Assembly (NCBI RefSeq): GCF_964355755.1
Contig: NC_092679.1
Coordinates: 24,411,432-24,475,431 of the forward strand
DNA from: Antedon mediterranea
Taxonomy: Eukaryota; Animalia; Echinodermata
Length of the DNA: 64,000 nucleotides
Direction of reading: 5' to 3'
A program made the translations under genes and the position numbers. The notes beneath the pieces were generated by a model, which was not told where the DNA came from, did no database searches, and saw only the letters and a program-made list of their open reading frames with translations. Positions 11,242 to 25,100 of the stretch are shown in pieces (the stretch's first letter is position 1; every line of letters begins with the position of its first letter).

Positions 11242-14200
11242 TAATTTAGGTCGTAATTAGGTTTGTTGTTTATTTATGATTGTGACAAAAAATACATACG
11301 AATAAAACAACTGTATAAAAAAGATAATGATTCAGTGTTATAATTTTATTTACCTGTTGTTAATAAAACATATTCTAAATTTAATTTATATCATGCTAGA
11401 TATATTTTCAAGGATATTTGTTACATAAAAATAATTTTGTAAAGAAATTTGATACATAAGATAAATTTGTTAAGAAGTTTGTTACATAAACATATTTGTG
11501 TAGATAAATTTAATTTGTTACATGAAAATAACATTTTTAAAATGTTTCTTACATAAAAATACAAACATTCGTGTTTGATCTAATGAAATGGACGCGATTG
11601 ATTGAACTAAATTTGTTGATATCTTTCTCATCGTCTTTATATCCACCAATAGAATCATTACCGTCTGCATATCTAGTAAAGAAACATAAATTAAAATTTA
11701 AATATGTATTGTAATTTAAGCTAGAAAATATTTTCATAAATCTCCATTTTGCACTTAACATTTTAGCACTAGCTTAAAAAAACAATAAACCGTACAACAT
11801 AATTAAACACAGTTTTGTGCGGTTACAAAAAGTGAGAGATGCTAATAGTTGATGGAAAGCCCGATTACTGGTATTGTTCAATTATACAATCGTGAGAGTA
11901 AAATTGAGAATAAATTATTATCAATATTAAACAATGTAGCCATAAGAAACCTTTGCATTATTTAATTATAACAAATATAACATATATAGATATATAATAA
12001 ATATGTACCTGTTAACCAAAACAAAATTGAAGTAGAACCCTGTAACTTCTTTCAAGAATCTTGTTTGTTTTACTTTTTTTTTAAAAGAATGAAACTAACA
12101 TCTATACTTGACGTCACACAATTCATACATTGCGATGCTCCATTGTTAAATTAAGTACATGTCGGTATAGTTCAATCAAGACATACTTATCATATCACTT
12201 CATTATATTCTTATCTTTTTATTTTTGTCGTTGTTATAAAATACCAGTATTAATTATAATATGTCGGCCTAGTTATATCAAGACACCTTTAATGACCTTA
12301 TTATTTATTTTTTTAATTGACTCCTGCACGTGCATACATAAGTATCATATATTCGAAACATCACACCCGTTTTATACAACACCTATTGTTTCATACTTCC
12401 GTAGTCATTTACTTTTCAGTACTTTGTAAAACTGGACTACAAGTTGTACAATTTAAATTATACAGCATAGTAGGCAACATACTGAATTAACCCACTTTAA
12501 ATGTTACCAACACAACACGATAGCATGTAACTAATTTAAATTATATACGGTAATACCTCTATTGTTATATACCTCAAAACACAATACCTATTGTTTCATA
12601 CTTCCTAATAATTTGTTTTTCAGTAATTTGTACAGAAAACAGCCTATAAATGGACTATAAACGCCATTTAACTACTATAATACTTGGGCTAACTCTACAA
12701 CATTTCAATAATATCCAGTCTTCTTCGGGAATAATCGTGTGATACAAATATATAGAAACTAATACCTTCACCGGTGTGCTTTCACCTGATTTTATTTAAG
12801 CCTAATATTTGTAAACTTTACTTTTTCATTAGTATACATTATTGTATACTAATGGAAAATTCGTTTCCCTAAGTTAAAGATGTATTGTCTTTGACTAATT
12901 CCCCAAAAAAAAAAAAAAATAAAGATTTTGAAAAAAAGTTGTATTTTTGAAGTATCAAAATAGTTTTTAACTTTCACCAAAAATTAGTCGAAAAAATAGG
13001 GTGTCTAGAAAACTCAGATCTAGTAAAACTCAGATCTCAGATATATCTGAGTTTTCTAGATCTAGAAAACTCAGATCGTCAAATGATTGGTTGGTAGGTC
13101 ATTTGGATCATTCCAATATTAATCAGAAGGTAGGTCATATGACATACTAGAGTATTATTAAAACTGATTACTGTAGGCCTCGTTTTCTTACTAATATTGT
13201 AACATGTAGAAGCGGCCTACGGCTTAAATCATAAAGAAAATACAGTGCACGTTACCGTTGAAATGTAGGCTTAAAAATTAGGTATGTACGAGTTGGTGTT
13301 GGTACGAGTTGGTTGAGTTAGCCAAGTTGGGAATAGGTACGAGTTATTTTGGGTACGAGTTGACCTCTTCTAGCCTAGTAGGACCAGGCCTACTCTTCGC
13401 GATACATCGCGATAGCGCCCACACGTTGAGCCTTTAATTGAGTTTGCTTAGCTAGGCTAGGCCTAAATGCTAAGCCTACATTTTAAAAAAGGTGTATACT
13501 GTATTTCTTTATGATTTAAGTCGTAGGCTGCTACTACAAGTTACAATAATTATTATTACTAGAGGGTGAGCTCGCTTCGCTCGCTCCCCCTCTAGGAATT
13601 GTGTAGACGATGGTTCTCGGAATGATAATGTTCTTCTTGTACGTTTTCTGTCGGTTACCATTATTGAAAATGCTTGACATTCGTAAAACTAAACTATTCT
13701 GTTTCACAGTGTCTTAGATGATTGATAACATTTTAAAGTATAGTCTTTATTGTGTGGTAGGGCCCTTAGGCCTATAGGCCGGAGGTGGGGAGGCGGAGTT
13801 CATTTGAGGGAGGTGCTTATTCGAGGGATATATGTTAAATTTTGTAGTTTTAATGATATGGTAACATTTATAATCAAATGAAATCCTCTAATAGATATGA
13901 AACGTGGTAAAAAAGAATAACAAATGCTTGGTAAATTGTAGATAACAGTGCGATGAATTCTACTACAAATAGTATAATTGTGTTATTATAAATGTGGATG
14001 GGATGGACGTTTATTAGAGGTGGGGATTATTATTCAAAGTGATGTTTTATTGGAGAGGCGTTTATTCAAATAAATATCATCCTAATAAGTATTAATACAT
14101 TATTTAATTTAAACATCTTTTGAAACTAACTGCCGTGACAGAGTAGAAGACATTACGGCTTGCAACATGGGCAGACATCTCGGTCCTAACGGGACACAGA

Positions 14201-14944
14201 TAGCCTACAGTTATTCCTGCCAGCTTACTTAATAAAACTCAGCTATGGGGATTTCGCTCGGTTAATGTCTTATCATCAAATCTCCCTATGTAATTTTATA
14301 ATACTATTCCCCACAATATATTCCGATTCTTTATGGCGTATATTTAATTTGATCTTTATTAATTTGCTGTATAATTTTTATTTTTTAACTACTGTAACTT
14401 TCACACGCGCGGTCCGTTCCTAAAATAAACAAAAAACTAAAATGGCTATGACTAATGGCCAACTTAAGCTCCAGTCCTATACTATCTGTTTTTTCTTCCG
14501 TCTTCCAAAGGGACACTGTATTGATTGATGGAAAGTGCCTGTTTCCAGTCACCTTTAGGGTCAAATCTATTATTTTAACTGCTCCCTTGTTGAAACCATG
14601 TTGCTGCAAGGTGAACTTATCGTAAACCCAGAAATTACTTGACCGCGAAGAATTGAAATTGAGTAGAAAATCTACTGTTGAAATCATAAATGTTGTTAAA
14701 AAACTCTTTATAATATCTTCCAAAAAATATGGAAAAATAGCGTCGAACTGAACACCAATGTTATCAAATCTACGTCTCGCGGTACATCTGAGATAGATAA
14801 GGTAGGTATCCAAGGCGGAGATTTGTACCGAAGTTTTTGCATTGTGCTCGCCTATGTCAGAATTAATGAAAACATTTCTTCTGGTTTCGATTCGTATAAT
14901 AATATAAGTAGTTCTTTGATAGTAAACCAATAAAACTTACGTTG

Positions 14945-14988
14945 GCAAGACAGTTTCGTCTAGCTGTCAGCTTGACTTCTTCAGTTGC
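14945..14988 (-). ncRNA. Minimal type I hammerhead ribozyme (left Penelope arm)
   Basis: Reverse complement of the motif at 15373-15416. Confidence 0.7.
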
Positions 14989-15372
14989 TATGATGCGTTA
15001 TGGCGCCGATTGGTCTCCTTTCCAGCCACTAGATGATTTTGTTGTGTAGCCTAGGGGACCAGTCATCGTCAGAAGCTGATCGTAAATGTGAGATAGTTGG
15101 TGCGCGCCTTCGTCTCTATTCATCTTTGTATTTTTATTTTGCTTTCTTATGCTGATGCTTTCTTTAATTTTACAGAAAGCATCAGCATAAAAATTAAAGA
15201 AAGCATCAGCATAAGAAAGCAAAATAAAAATACAAAGATGAATAGAGACGAAGGCGCGCACCAACTATCTCACATTTACGATCAGCTTCTGACGACGACT
15301 GGTCCCCTAGGCTACACAACAAAATCATCTAGTGGCTGGAAAGGAGACCAATCGGCGCCATAACGCATCATA

Positions 15373-15416
15373 GCAACTGAAGAAGTCAAGCTGACAGCTA
15401 GACGAAACTGTCTTGC
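15373..15416 (+). ncRNA. Minimal type I hammerhead ribozyme (right Penelope arm)
   Basis: GCAA-CTGAAGA-A-GTCAAGCT-gac-AGCTAGAC-GAAA-CTGTC-TTGC: core CUGANGA/GAAA, stem I, stem II and a very short stem III. Confidence 0.7.
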
Positions 15417-16155
15417 CAACGTAAGTTTTATTGGTTTACTATCAAAGAACTACTTATATTATTATGTCAGAATTAACCATAATTTATATATAGATTAGTA
15501 AGAAAACGTAGGCCTATAATACTACTGTAGTATTTCAAACAAGCTACCCTCTATTAATAATGGAACGATCTGGGTTTTTACTTTTCTAGTTCCATTTTGG
15601 AACTAGAAAACTCAGATCTTGATATCTGAGTTTTCTAGATCTAGAAAAGTCAGATATCTGAGTTTTCTAGATCTAGAAAACTCAGATATCTGAGTTTTTT
15701 AGACACCCGAAAAAATATCATTTAACTGAAATACAGACGTTTTTTCGTTCAAAAAATAACTTTTACTTCCAGTCATAGTTTTCGATCAAAACATATCTCA
15801 TAATGCAACGCGCTTTTTTTGGCTACTCTATATGCATAATCATAAAACTTCCTCTCGCGATCTATGTGAAAACAGTCTCAACCGTGACGAGTTGTAAACA
15901 ATCCTAATTAGCATATCATGCATAATGCATACGCGAAATATGTGTTTACTTTCGCTCGCGACGATTTTCCAGACGAAATGTAATCAAACTAATTTACCTG
16001 TTAGTTACGTAAACTTGTTGTTTTTGGCTCGAATTATCGACTTAAAGTGAATAACTTTAATATTACTTTGATATGGCCAATTTAGATATAGAATATTTTT
16101 ACCTTCATTTTTTGTGTTTTAAGGGACAATACATCTTTAACTAACTGGGTTATCG

Positions 16156-19100
16156 TTACATCCCTACATCACACGAATCTATTTCTACTGGAGATCCATT
16201 GCAAAGGTGATCGCCTTCCGCGCAAAAGCGAAGACGAAGTTTTTCGTATTTTCCGTGAAGATGCGCACATTCTGACCACCGTGTCCATTCACTGAATACT
16301 GTAATTAAAAAGAAAATAAATAAGTAAAGAATACAATGTCAAAATACTTGATCATCCGTTACTTTGAACATTAATGAATAAGGATTATTCAAAACATGAT
16401 CTTTTTTAGCCTATGTTATAAGAAAACTTGTTTTGGTTTTGAAATAAATTGTTTAAAAAATTAATATCAAACACGTTTAACATAACATAACAGGTTTAGG
16501 AATAAAAAATTATATACAAATATTCTCCAAATTACTTAATTGACGCTGATGAATCATATTCATTGGAATCACGTGGCAGAGATTTGAAATTGGGAAGTAA
16601 ATTAAATAAGTAAAGTTAAATGTATAAGTGCCGACGGAGGGGTGTAGCGTGTCCTGACCGTGTGTGAGGGATAGGGAGGGGAAAGGTTCTCATGTACAGT
16701 ACGAAAAAGCAAACAAAAAATAAATCAGTACATTTAGTAAACCACAAAAAAATAATGAAGTTATTAATTTTTTTTTTTTTTTCTAGCGCTACCTTTGCAT
16801 TATAAGGTATACTTTATTATTCGGGTAAGTAGGCCTAGGCCTACAACTTCAAGTCTAAATCATTCATGGAAACGTATTTACCTGGACAATCTCTCAGGTT
16901 GCATACGATTGTTTCTGTATTATTAACACTTTGACAACTTCGATATCTGTTACGCATTCCCAATGAGCATGAAGTGGAACACGTGGTCCATTCTGACCAT
17001 TCCAGCGACTGCTCATCACAAGGATCTAATCCGATAACTAAATAAAAATCAATTTAAGTAACATTAATCAAAATACAAGTTGTATGTTACTCTTTAGTGA
17101 ATGATCTTGTTTCCGATTGCAATAAGTAAGTAATAAGTATGTTACTATAGAATGTAATTGTGTTTAACTACTGTGTAGGAGCTTGCGTCAGGGATTTGAG
17201 TAATTGGTCAGATGTTTTGCCCTACTCTGATGTAATTTGTACTTTATATTAAGTACATTGAGAACACATTTCTCACTGTACAGTATAAATGTTTAAAGGA
17301 GGAAACGATCAAACACAAATACAAATTGTTAAACTTGGATTCAGTATGCGTTTTTAAATTATAAATGTTTTATTTATTTTTAATAGATTTGCAGTCATGC
17401 AAACGCATTGCATTGCCTGAAATTATTCTTCATGTTGTCTATGTGCAGGTTTCGTGAGTATTGTTAGCGGTAACTATATTAAATTATCATATTATTATAT
17501 ATTATTATAACAAAGAAACGTACAAAAAGTAACTTACATGGACATGGTACATAATTGCATGATCTTTCTTCAAACATAGTGACGCTACATACCTCAGATA
17601 CAGCGTCTAGGCTAATACATTCTCTCATTCGATTCTGGACACCACCGTCACAAGGACACACAGACCAGTCCGTCCATTCACTAACATGGTTGATGATTTC
17701 GTAATATGCCATAAATCCTGTCGCTGTTACACTACCGTCACTAAAAAATCTCAGTCGCATTTCGGAACCAACGCTCTCTATAACTGGCGGTAAATCCGTA
17801 CCACAATATCTAGAAAATGATTATAAGATAAAAACACGTTATGCTGTATTTTAATAACAGAAACATGTTTAGAAACAAAAGGATGTACAGCATGTAAGAT
17901 GTTGTAGATGCTGTTATAAATCAACAACACATCAACATTGTATTTGTTTGTATTTGTAAGACCTATATTATTTCTCTACCGTGTTCCATCTGTATCAGTG
18001 TTGTCGATTCTAATATCAATAAAGTCATAAATACAACCAGTTGAAAATTCCAATTCCATAAATTCAAATGTTAGTTTAATAGTCGTAGTTTCTCTGCCCT
18101 AAATAGAAAAAGATAATAATAAATACAGTCAAACCAGGTTTTGCATTGGTATAATTGGTAGATGATATATTTAAATATATTGATAGGTAGTGTGTTTATT
18201 TATAAATAAACAGTAATTTTAAAACAGATTCCTTTTATTGCCCAATATAATGGAAATTACAATGCTCATTTCTTGCCTTAAGTAAGTAAATAAATATTAA
18301 CATCGTTTTAGGCATTATACTCACAGATATTAATATGTGGCAGTCTTCTCCATTGCTGTACTCGGATGGAAAACCTGGAGATGTTATGTCACCTGTTTGT
18401 TCCACCAGTTCCTGGCCACACACTGATGCTACTGGTACTGTTCAAGAAATTATCAATTTTAAAAATATATAATCAGTTTGAAACATTGTATCTTCCTAAG
18501 TAAACATTTTTAATTAGAAGAGAACTGAGAAATAGCGGCGAGATGCTGGATAGACAAAGCTGGAGAAAGAGGCTACTGTAGCACCACTGACAGGCGAAAG
18601 CCTGCCTGGGAGCTAAAGTAAGAAGTAAGATTTACAACGAATTAATTTTGATTTGAACTCACCAAAGCAAGATTGTACGTCACATTCCCTTTCTTCAACC
18701 GTTCTTCCAGAACAAGAGTTACTTGTACATTGACGATTACGCCGTTGTTTGGAACTGATTGAACACGATGGTGTACATTCAGACCAGCCACTCCACTCCC
18801 CTACATCGTTCATTATAATGTACGACCCTTTAAATCCAGAATCCGTCACACTGGCATCGGAATGGAATTTCAGAAGTATTTGGTTCTCAGAACTTTCAAT
18901 TTGTGGAGGAGATGATGAGCCACAATACCTAAAAAAAAAAAAGTTTTCACAAATAAATATTTTGGCACACATGGCGTTTCATACGTGTATTACTTCAGTT
19001 TCAGATTTGTTACAAGTTGTTACTGAAAAGAGTATGACTATATAACGGTTACAATGATAAACAGAGAGGAGTTCATTGAAGAATACTGATTTTAAAATTA

Positions 19101-22100
19101 AAAATTATGATTGATATTTTGTACATTTCTACTTACTTAATTCCTTCTTCATCAATATTTACAGACCGAATCTCTAAAAAGTCGTAAAAGCATTGATCGT
19201 GTTGTTCCAGGTCAAAATATTCAAACGTCAACAGAACAGTGGATCCAACTTCACCCTGAAAAAATATTATTAAACTCTCAAATGGTTTATATGTTTTACT
19301 TATAATATTCAATAACATTGAAATGATTTAGATTATTTCTAAATTTTATCTAATAAAACAGTTAATAACAAATGATTATGACGTATGAAAGTTACTTACA
19401 GAGAGGGTATTGCTAAACACCGCAAACCCCACAAACCCCCACAAACCTCCAAAAAAACATAGCAAACCCCACCGAACCAACATAAAAGTGATTGAATCAT
19501 GTAGTGTACAAGCCACTGGGTATATCGATGTCAAAAAATATTAAATTTCTACTGTTAACTACTTATTTTTGGGGTAAAACATCATTTTTTGGTCAAAAAT
19601 GATTGCTAAACCCCGCAAACCTCAAAAAAACCATAGCAAACCCCACCGAACCAACATAAAAGTGATTGAATAATGTAGTGTACAACCCACTGGGTATATA
19701 AATTATTAAATTTCTACTGTTAACTATATTTTTGGCGATAAAACATAATTTTTTGGTTAAAAATTAGCAATCATTTTTGACCAAAAAATGATGTTTTACC
19801 CCAAAAATAAGTAGTTAACAGTAGAAATTTAATATTTTTTGACATCGATATACCCAGTGGATTGTACACTACATGATTCAATCACTTTTATGTTGGTTCG
19901 GTGGGGTTTGCTATATTTTTTTTGGAGGTTTGCCGGGTTTAGCAATCATTTTTGACCAAAAAATTATGTTTTACCCCAAAAATAAGTAGTTAACAGTAGA
20001 AATTTAATATTTTTTTACATGGATATACCCAGTGGGTTGTACACTACATGATTCAATGACTTTTATGTTGGTTCGGTAGGGTTTGCTATATTTTTTTGGA
20101 GGTTTGCAGGGTTTAGCAATCATTTTTTACCAAAAAATGATGTTTTACCCCACAAATAAGTAGTTAACAGTAGAAATTTAATATTTTTTTACATGGATAT
20201 ACCCAGTGGGTTGTACACTACATGATTCAATCACTTTTATGTTGGTTCGATGGGGTTTGCTATGTTTTTTTTTTGGAGGTTTGCGGGGGTTTGCAGTGTT
20301 TAGCAATACCCCTTACAGAGATGAGAATCAGGCAGTCCTGATCGTTCATATAATGTGATGGGTAATGTTGTGACATTATTTCACCATTTACATCCGTTAT
20401 CTGGTAGGAACAACCTTGAAGAAGAAGTTTTATTTACTAAAAATGCTTATTAAAGGTGTCTTATTCTGTGCATAAGAATGTGAACAACTAATACGTCATT
20501 AAATTAACTCGCACATAACTAAAAAAAATATATAAAGGTGTCATAATGAATTATGAAACTTAGAATATGTGTCATATGTGATTCTGTGTTATGGATTTGC
20601 CTATGATACGGTTACCATAGACATTATATAATTTGCATTGATTACCTTAGAAGAATCAGTTGTTTGGTAGCGACACATTTTAAAGTTCACACACAACACG
20701 CATGTCGTCAAGTTAGTTGATTCCTTTGACATTTCCAAAACAGTTTTTAATAGTTTCTTATGTGCACTTACCTCGATTTGCCGGTTCTTGAGTTTGACAG
20801 AGGGTACCTGAAAACCCTTGTTTACAAACACAATTGCATTGTGGGCCAACATAACCATCTTTTTCACACTGCAACTGAATTTGACCACATGACTCTGTAA
20901 AGTAACAATGGTAAATGATAACGAAATGCAACTACTGCATGTGTAACTGTTTATGGAAACGCAATCAACCATGCAACAACCAGATTCAAATACCTCGGCT
21001 CCATGATGGCATCTAGCCCCGCATCTAGCAGTGGGAATTTTAAAGGCCAGGTGCGGGCAAACAATTTCTATTGATCATACATTCCAATAATGATCGATCT
21101 ATAGTTTCCCCTATGCTTCATAATTTGTGGGATTTTATTTGTGTTACACGAGCTTGTTGAAAATAAGCACTTTCTTATCAGTGGGGGGATAGTTCAAATT
21201 ACTCAGTAAAATCTCTATTCTTTTGTACACAATTTTTGTGAATAGAGAGGCATTTTAAAAAGCTATGAAAAATAAACGGTGTGGTAAAAAATGTTATCAG
21301 ATGACTAAATATAGGTAATATAACTTGAATTTTACATTTCTGGAATTTCTATTCAACTTCAGATTTTTATTTTCATGTTATAGCAAAAATTATCCACCGT
21401 ATATCCACTATCTTTTTCACCTTCTAGGGAGTCACCAGACATGTTATTACATTAAGTTAAACTACCTAACTACTGAAAAAAGTCTTCCTGGTTTTTATGG
21501 CAGAACTTTTCCAAATTTTGTATTTGACCATATTAAGGAAAATTTTTTTTCATCTTGATTTCTGTTACAAATATATGATTTATGTACAATTAACCAGATA
21601 TTATATTTAAAATGTATGCCTGTACCTGAGCTTTAAAAGAAGAAAGGGTCTTGCCTGGACAGAATTTTGAAAGCTAGAACGTTTGTGGAGATGTTCCAAC
21701 ATACCAATCTCCACCAAAGTAAAGCTCTACAATGCAACCTGTGTTATTGTCTTTGTGTATTGCTGCGAGTTTTGGGTCCTCTCTAACGCGAAGGAAAGTG
21801 AAATCAACGCCTTTGGCACTTCGTGCTATAGAGTCATGCTAAATATCAAGAGAACAGATAGGGTGCCAAATGCTTCTATCTATGACCTAACCAAGACCAT
21901 ACCGCTAGTGGAAAACGTTAGATCCCGCCAATTGAAGTTCCTTGGCCACGTCCTTTGAATGCCTGATGACGAACCATGCAAAGAGTACGCTCTTGTATGT
22001 TTCTCAACATGGGACAAGAAAACCATGAAGGCAGAGAGCCAACTTTCTGAGATACATCCAACAGCTTTTGGGGGATTAAGAAGGCAGGATTACCTCTGAT

Positions 22101-25100
22101 AAGCTGTCAAGGAGTTAGTCAAGGACCATTGTGGCTGGAGAAAGCTTGTAGTCGCCTGCTCCGCAGCCGACTGACGATTATGATGACTGTATGCAGCGCC
22201 CTAAACCACTTATGATATTCTTTGCATAAGCTATCAGGAAATCACTTCCTTTTATTAAAAAATCATTAACTCATGCAAAAACAAAAGCTAACTTTGTAGT
22301 TAATACATAAACAATGGCTAAAATAATACTAATGTTCTTACCGTTGCAATTATAAATAAAGTTAGCAAGTTTGATGTCATAAAAGCTTAGACCACCTTGG
22401 TTGTCAAGTTTCCACTGATCAATTACATTAAGTGCGCGGATAGTAGGTTGGTTATTACTCGAATAAAACTGAAAAAATAGTTTTAACATAAAACCAAAAA
22501 ACATAAACATTGTAATAGAAAAGACACGATAATGATGCTATACTACAGAGGCTATTATTGGGTTCCATTCAATGGAACTTGGGCATGCCATGAATAAATG
22601 GTAACCCTTATGTTTATGCGCATAATATACCATGCAGAGTACAAAAAGGTAGCAGTTTCTTAAAGCCACGATTACAAGACTACATCTCCACCCAGGTGTA
22701 TAAACGGGAACCCGGCTAGATCAAGACAAAACTTTGCACTGATTACTAGCTGTATTAATTATGGGAGTATATTTCCATACGTGTTTGATAAAAAAAAAAC
22801 TGGGATAATAATGTTCAGTGCTTAGAGGTTTCATAACATTAGGCGCTATCTAGGATATTATTATCATTATTCTCTTAGTTTCATTATGTTTATATAAGCA
22901 TGTAATGTGGTAAAGGAATAATAAAGTATTTATATAAAAATTTGTATAAATATATAAACAAATCAGGCAAAGAACATTAATTCTAAACCGCCCGGTGATA
23001 TACTGAAATTTAATTAATTAATTTGAAACGATAAAGATGAGGAAATCTGTGAGAATGAGAAAAAGTCGCCCCAACCGAGACTCGAACTCGGACCGCCTGC
23101 TTGATATGCAGATGTCCTAACCATTAGACCACTGGGGCTTTCATGGTATTGTTCGAACTCGATTGGATAGCGACTCTTTAACATTCTCGGCGTGGTACGG
23201 CGGAACAGCACACATATATGTATATATATATACGTTAAGTCTGGAAAAGAAGTAAAAACTACAGTTTGGTCTCCACAGGCTTGTTTCGTGAGTCGTGCAA
23301 CTCACTCATCAGGAGACTATAATGAGAAGAATCAATTACAACGCTGCTTATAAGCACATTTACTTGTAGAATTAGCATTTACGGGTGATATGTTTTGGAA
23401 TGTCAGCTGTTATGTAACAATGCTTTCTTTCTGTGCCGGCAGGCGGACACAAGTTATATATATATAACTTTGCTTACCTTTGGACCGTAATGCATTACAG
23501 AACCGGTGTCGTAATTTACACCATCCGTGATAACTTCATGAAATTGGTATTTATAAAAGTTATGAAATGCACCTTCAATTACGTTTTCTTCGATTACTTC
23601 AATGTAGTCATCGCGATCATAGCGAGAATGCTCATGTATGAACCCCAGGCTATGACCAATCTCGTGGAGTATTGAGTTGATCTGATTTAAAGAAATACGC
23701 CAATGTTTAATGTTTGAGCATATATGATAAAAGAAATCGTGATTTTATGACCTTTTATTAGTAGATGACCAAAATATACTGGTAGGTTTGATCTTATGAT
23801 AATATAAAACAAACTCCGAAAAGGGGATTCTATTTCGTTTTAGTTTAAAAACTATAAGTATATAGGAATAATTGTAATGGCTTGCCTGACTTTTTTTTCT
23901 CGATTTTTAAAAATATTTTTTATCATAAACAAATGAAATTCTTTTTTTTAGAACTGGAAACCATGTGGCAAGAGACCAAGATAAAGACCAAGAAAAAGGT
24001 GGAGGACACAATAAAAGATATCCTAATTATAAATACTGTAGGCCTACAAGGCTGTGAAATAGTTGAGAGATGATGGATAGACCAAGGTGGAGAAAGACGC
24101 TACAGTGGCACCACTTACAGGCGAAAGCCTACCTGAGAGCTGAAGTAAGTAAGTAAATGAACAAATATAATTCGAAATATAGAATTAGGCTAGCCTCACT
24201 ATTTTATCTCATATCCAACTTATTATTGGTTAATAAAGACAGCTTTTAAACCTTTTCTAGTCTATGAATATTGTACTTACATGTTGGCATCCGCCGCCAA
24301 TTGATATTTCTTGTGGTCCAGATTGCACAGATTTTCCAACTGATGACCAGCATCTATAAAACATAACGAATAACATAAACACAATGTTTGACTGTCCAGA
24401 TATTGTATAGTTCCCAACTGAAAGGACAAGTCCATTAACGATGTAAAGGACAAGTCCATTAACGATGTAAATGAAAATATGTAATACTTAAGAGCCATTG
24501 TCTGTAAGAATCAAAGAAATATCAAATATAGTGGCGGACTAAAAAAATGCATTTCTTTCCAATTTTGCACATGGTTATATATGTGTTGAGAGAAATCAAA
24601 TATGAAGTATTTTGTATTTCACACATATATTTCCATGGCAACGGCCCAATTTGTGTTTTTGAATTTTGTCCTTTTTTAAGGTTTTTTAAAATGGATATTG
24701 GTAGTACTTTGATGAACGATATTTTTGTTTTGTTCATTTAATTATAAAAAACAATTAGTGTATGAATAATAACAATGCATTGTGTACCTGTTTCATGTTT
24801 TTTTTAAATATTTTTGATTTCATACTTTGGGAGATACCATTTATTCAAAAAGGGTGTTTTTCATTTTTTTTTTAATTGTTGAAAAGAACTAAACTTTACT
24901 TCACCATAACGCCCAAAGTGGTGTATTTTTTAAGCTTATTTATTACAAATAGATAGTTTTAATGTTTAATAAGTGATTTCTAAAATAAATTACTGCGGTA
25001 ATTTAAAAATCTAAAAGCAGTGTTGCCAAAAACATATAAAAACAAACATAGAATATTAGTAAAAACATTTTATTTTCTTTGATTATATGATTTTTTAAAA

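Larger units (their letters stand above)
14867..15462. mobile_element. Penelope-like element: inverted pair of 3' ends (pLTRs)
   Basis: ~280-bp near-perfect inverted arms, each encoding IKESISIRKQNKNTKMNRDEGAHQLSHIYDQLL (GIY-YIG C-terminus); flanked by 14-bp direct repeat TATGTCAGAATTAA (14853-14866, 15463-15476). Confidence 0.85.
13559..15494 (-). mobile_element. Non-autonomous Helitron, copy B
   Basis: Minus strand begins A|TCTATATATAAATTATGG and ends with hairpin GAGCGAGCGAAGCGAGCTC + ACCCTCTAG|T; no TSD; homologous to 29451-34069. Confidence 0.85.
12999..15708. mobile_element. MULE/Foldback-type non-autonomous element
   Basis: 9-bp TSD GAAAAAATA (12990-12998, 15709-15717); ends GGGTGTCTA/TAGACACCC; long imperfect arms containing AGAAAACTCAGAT repeats. 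Confidence 0.85.
12878..16136. mobile_element. Kolobok-like MITE, outermost member of a nested set
   Basis: TTAA on both sides (12874-12877, 16137-16140); 12-bp TIR AGATGTATTGTC/GACAATACATCT; lies ~20 bp past the gene 2 stop codon. Confidence 0.75.

Noticed and set aside
11549-11761. Missing 5' exon of the astacin pseudogene
   Set aside because: No frame resembles a signal peptide, propeptide or astacin N-terminus.
14385-14930. 181-aa ORF
   Set aside because: Spans a Penelope/Helitron junction in otherwise non-coding repeat, has no recognisable motifs, and the homologous copy at 29460-29870 differs by indels.
23067-23138. Functional tRNA gene (also 57045-57116)
   Set aside because: The two copies have different, atypical anticodon loops (ATATCAA vs ATATGAA) and share a long 3' body, as expected for SINE heads.
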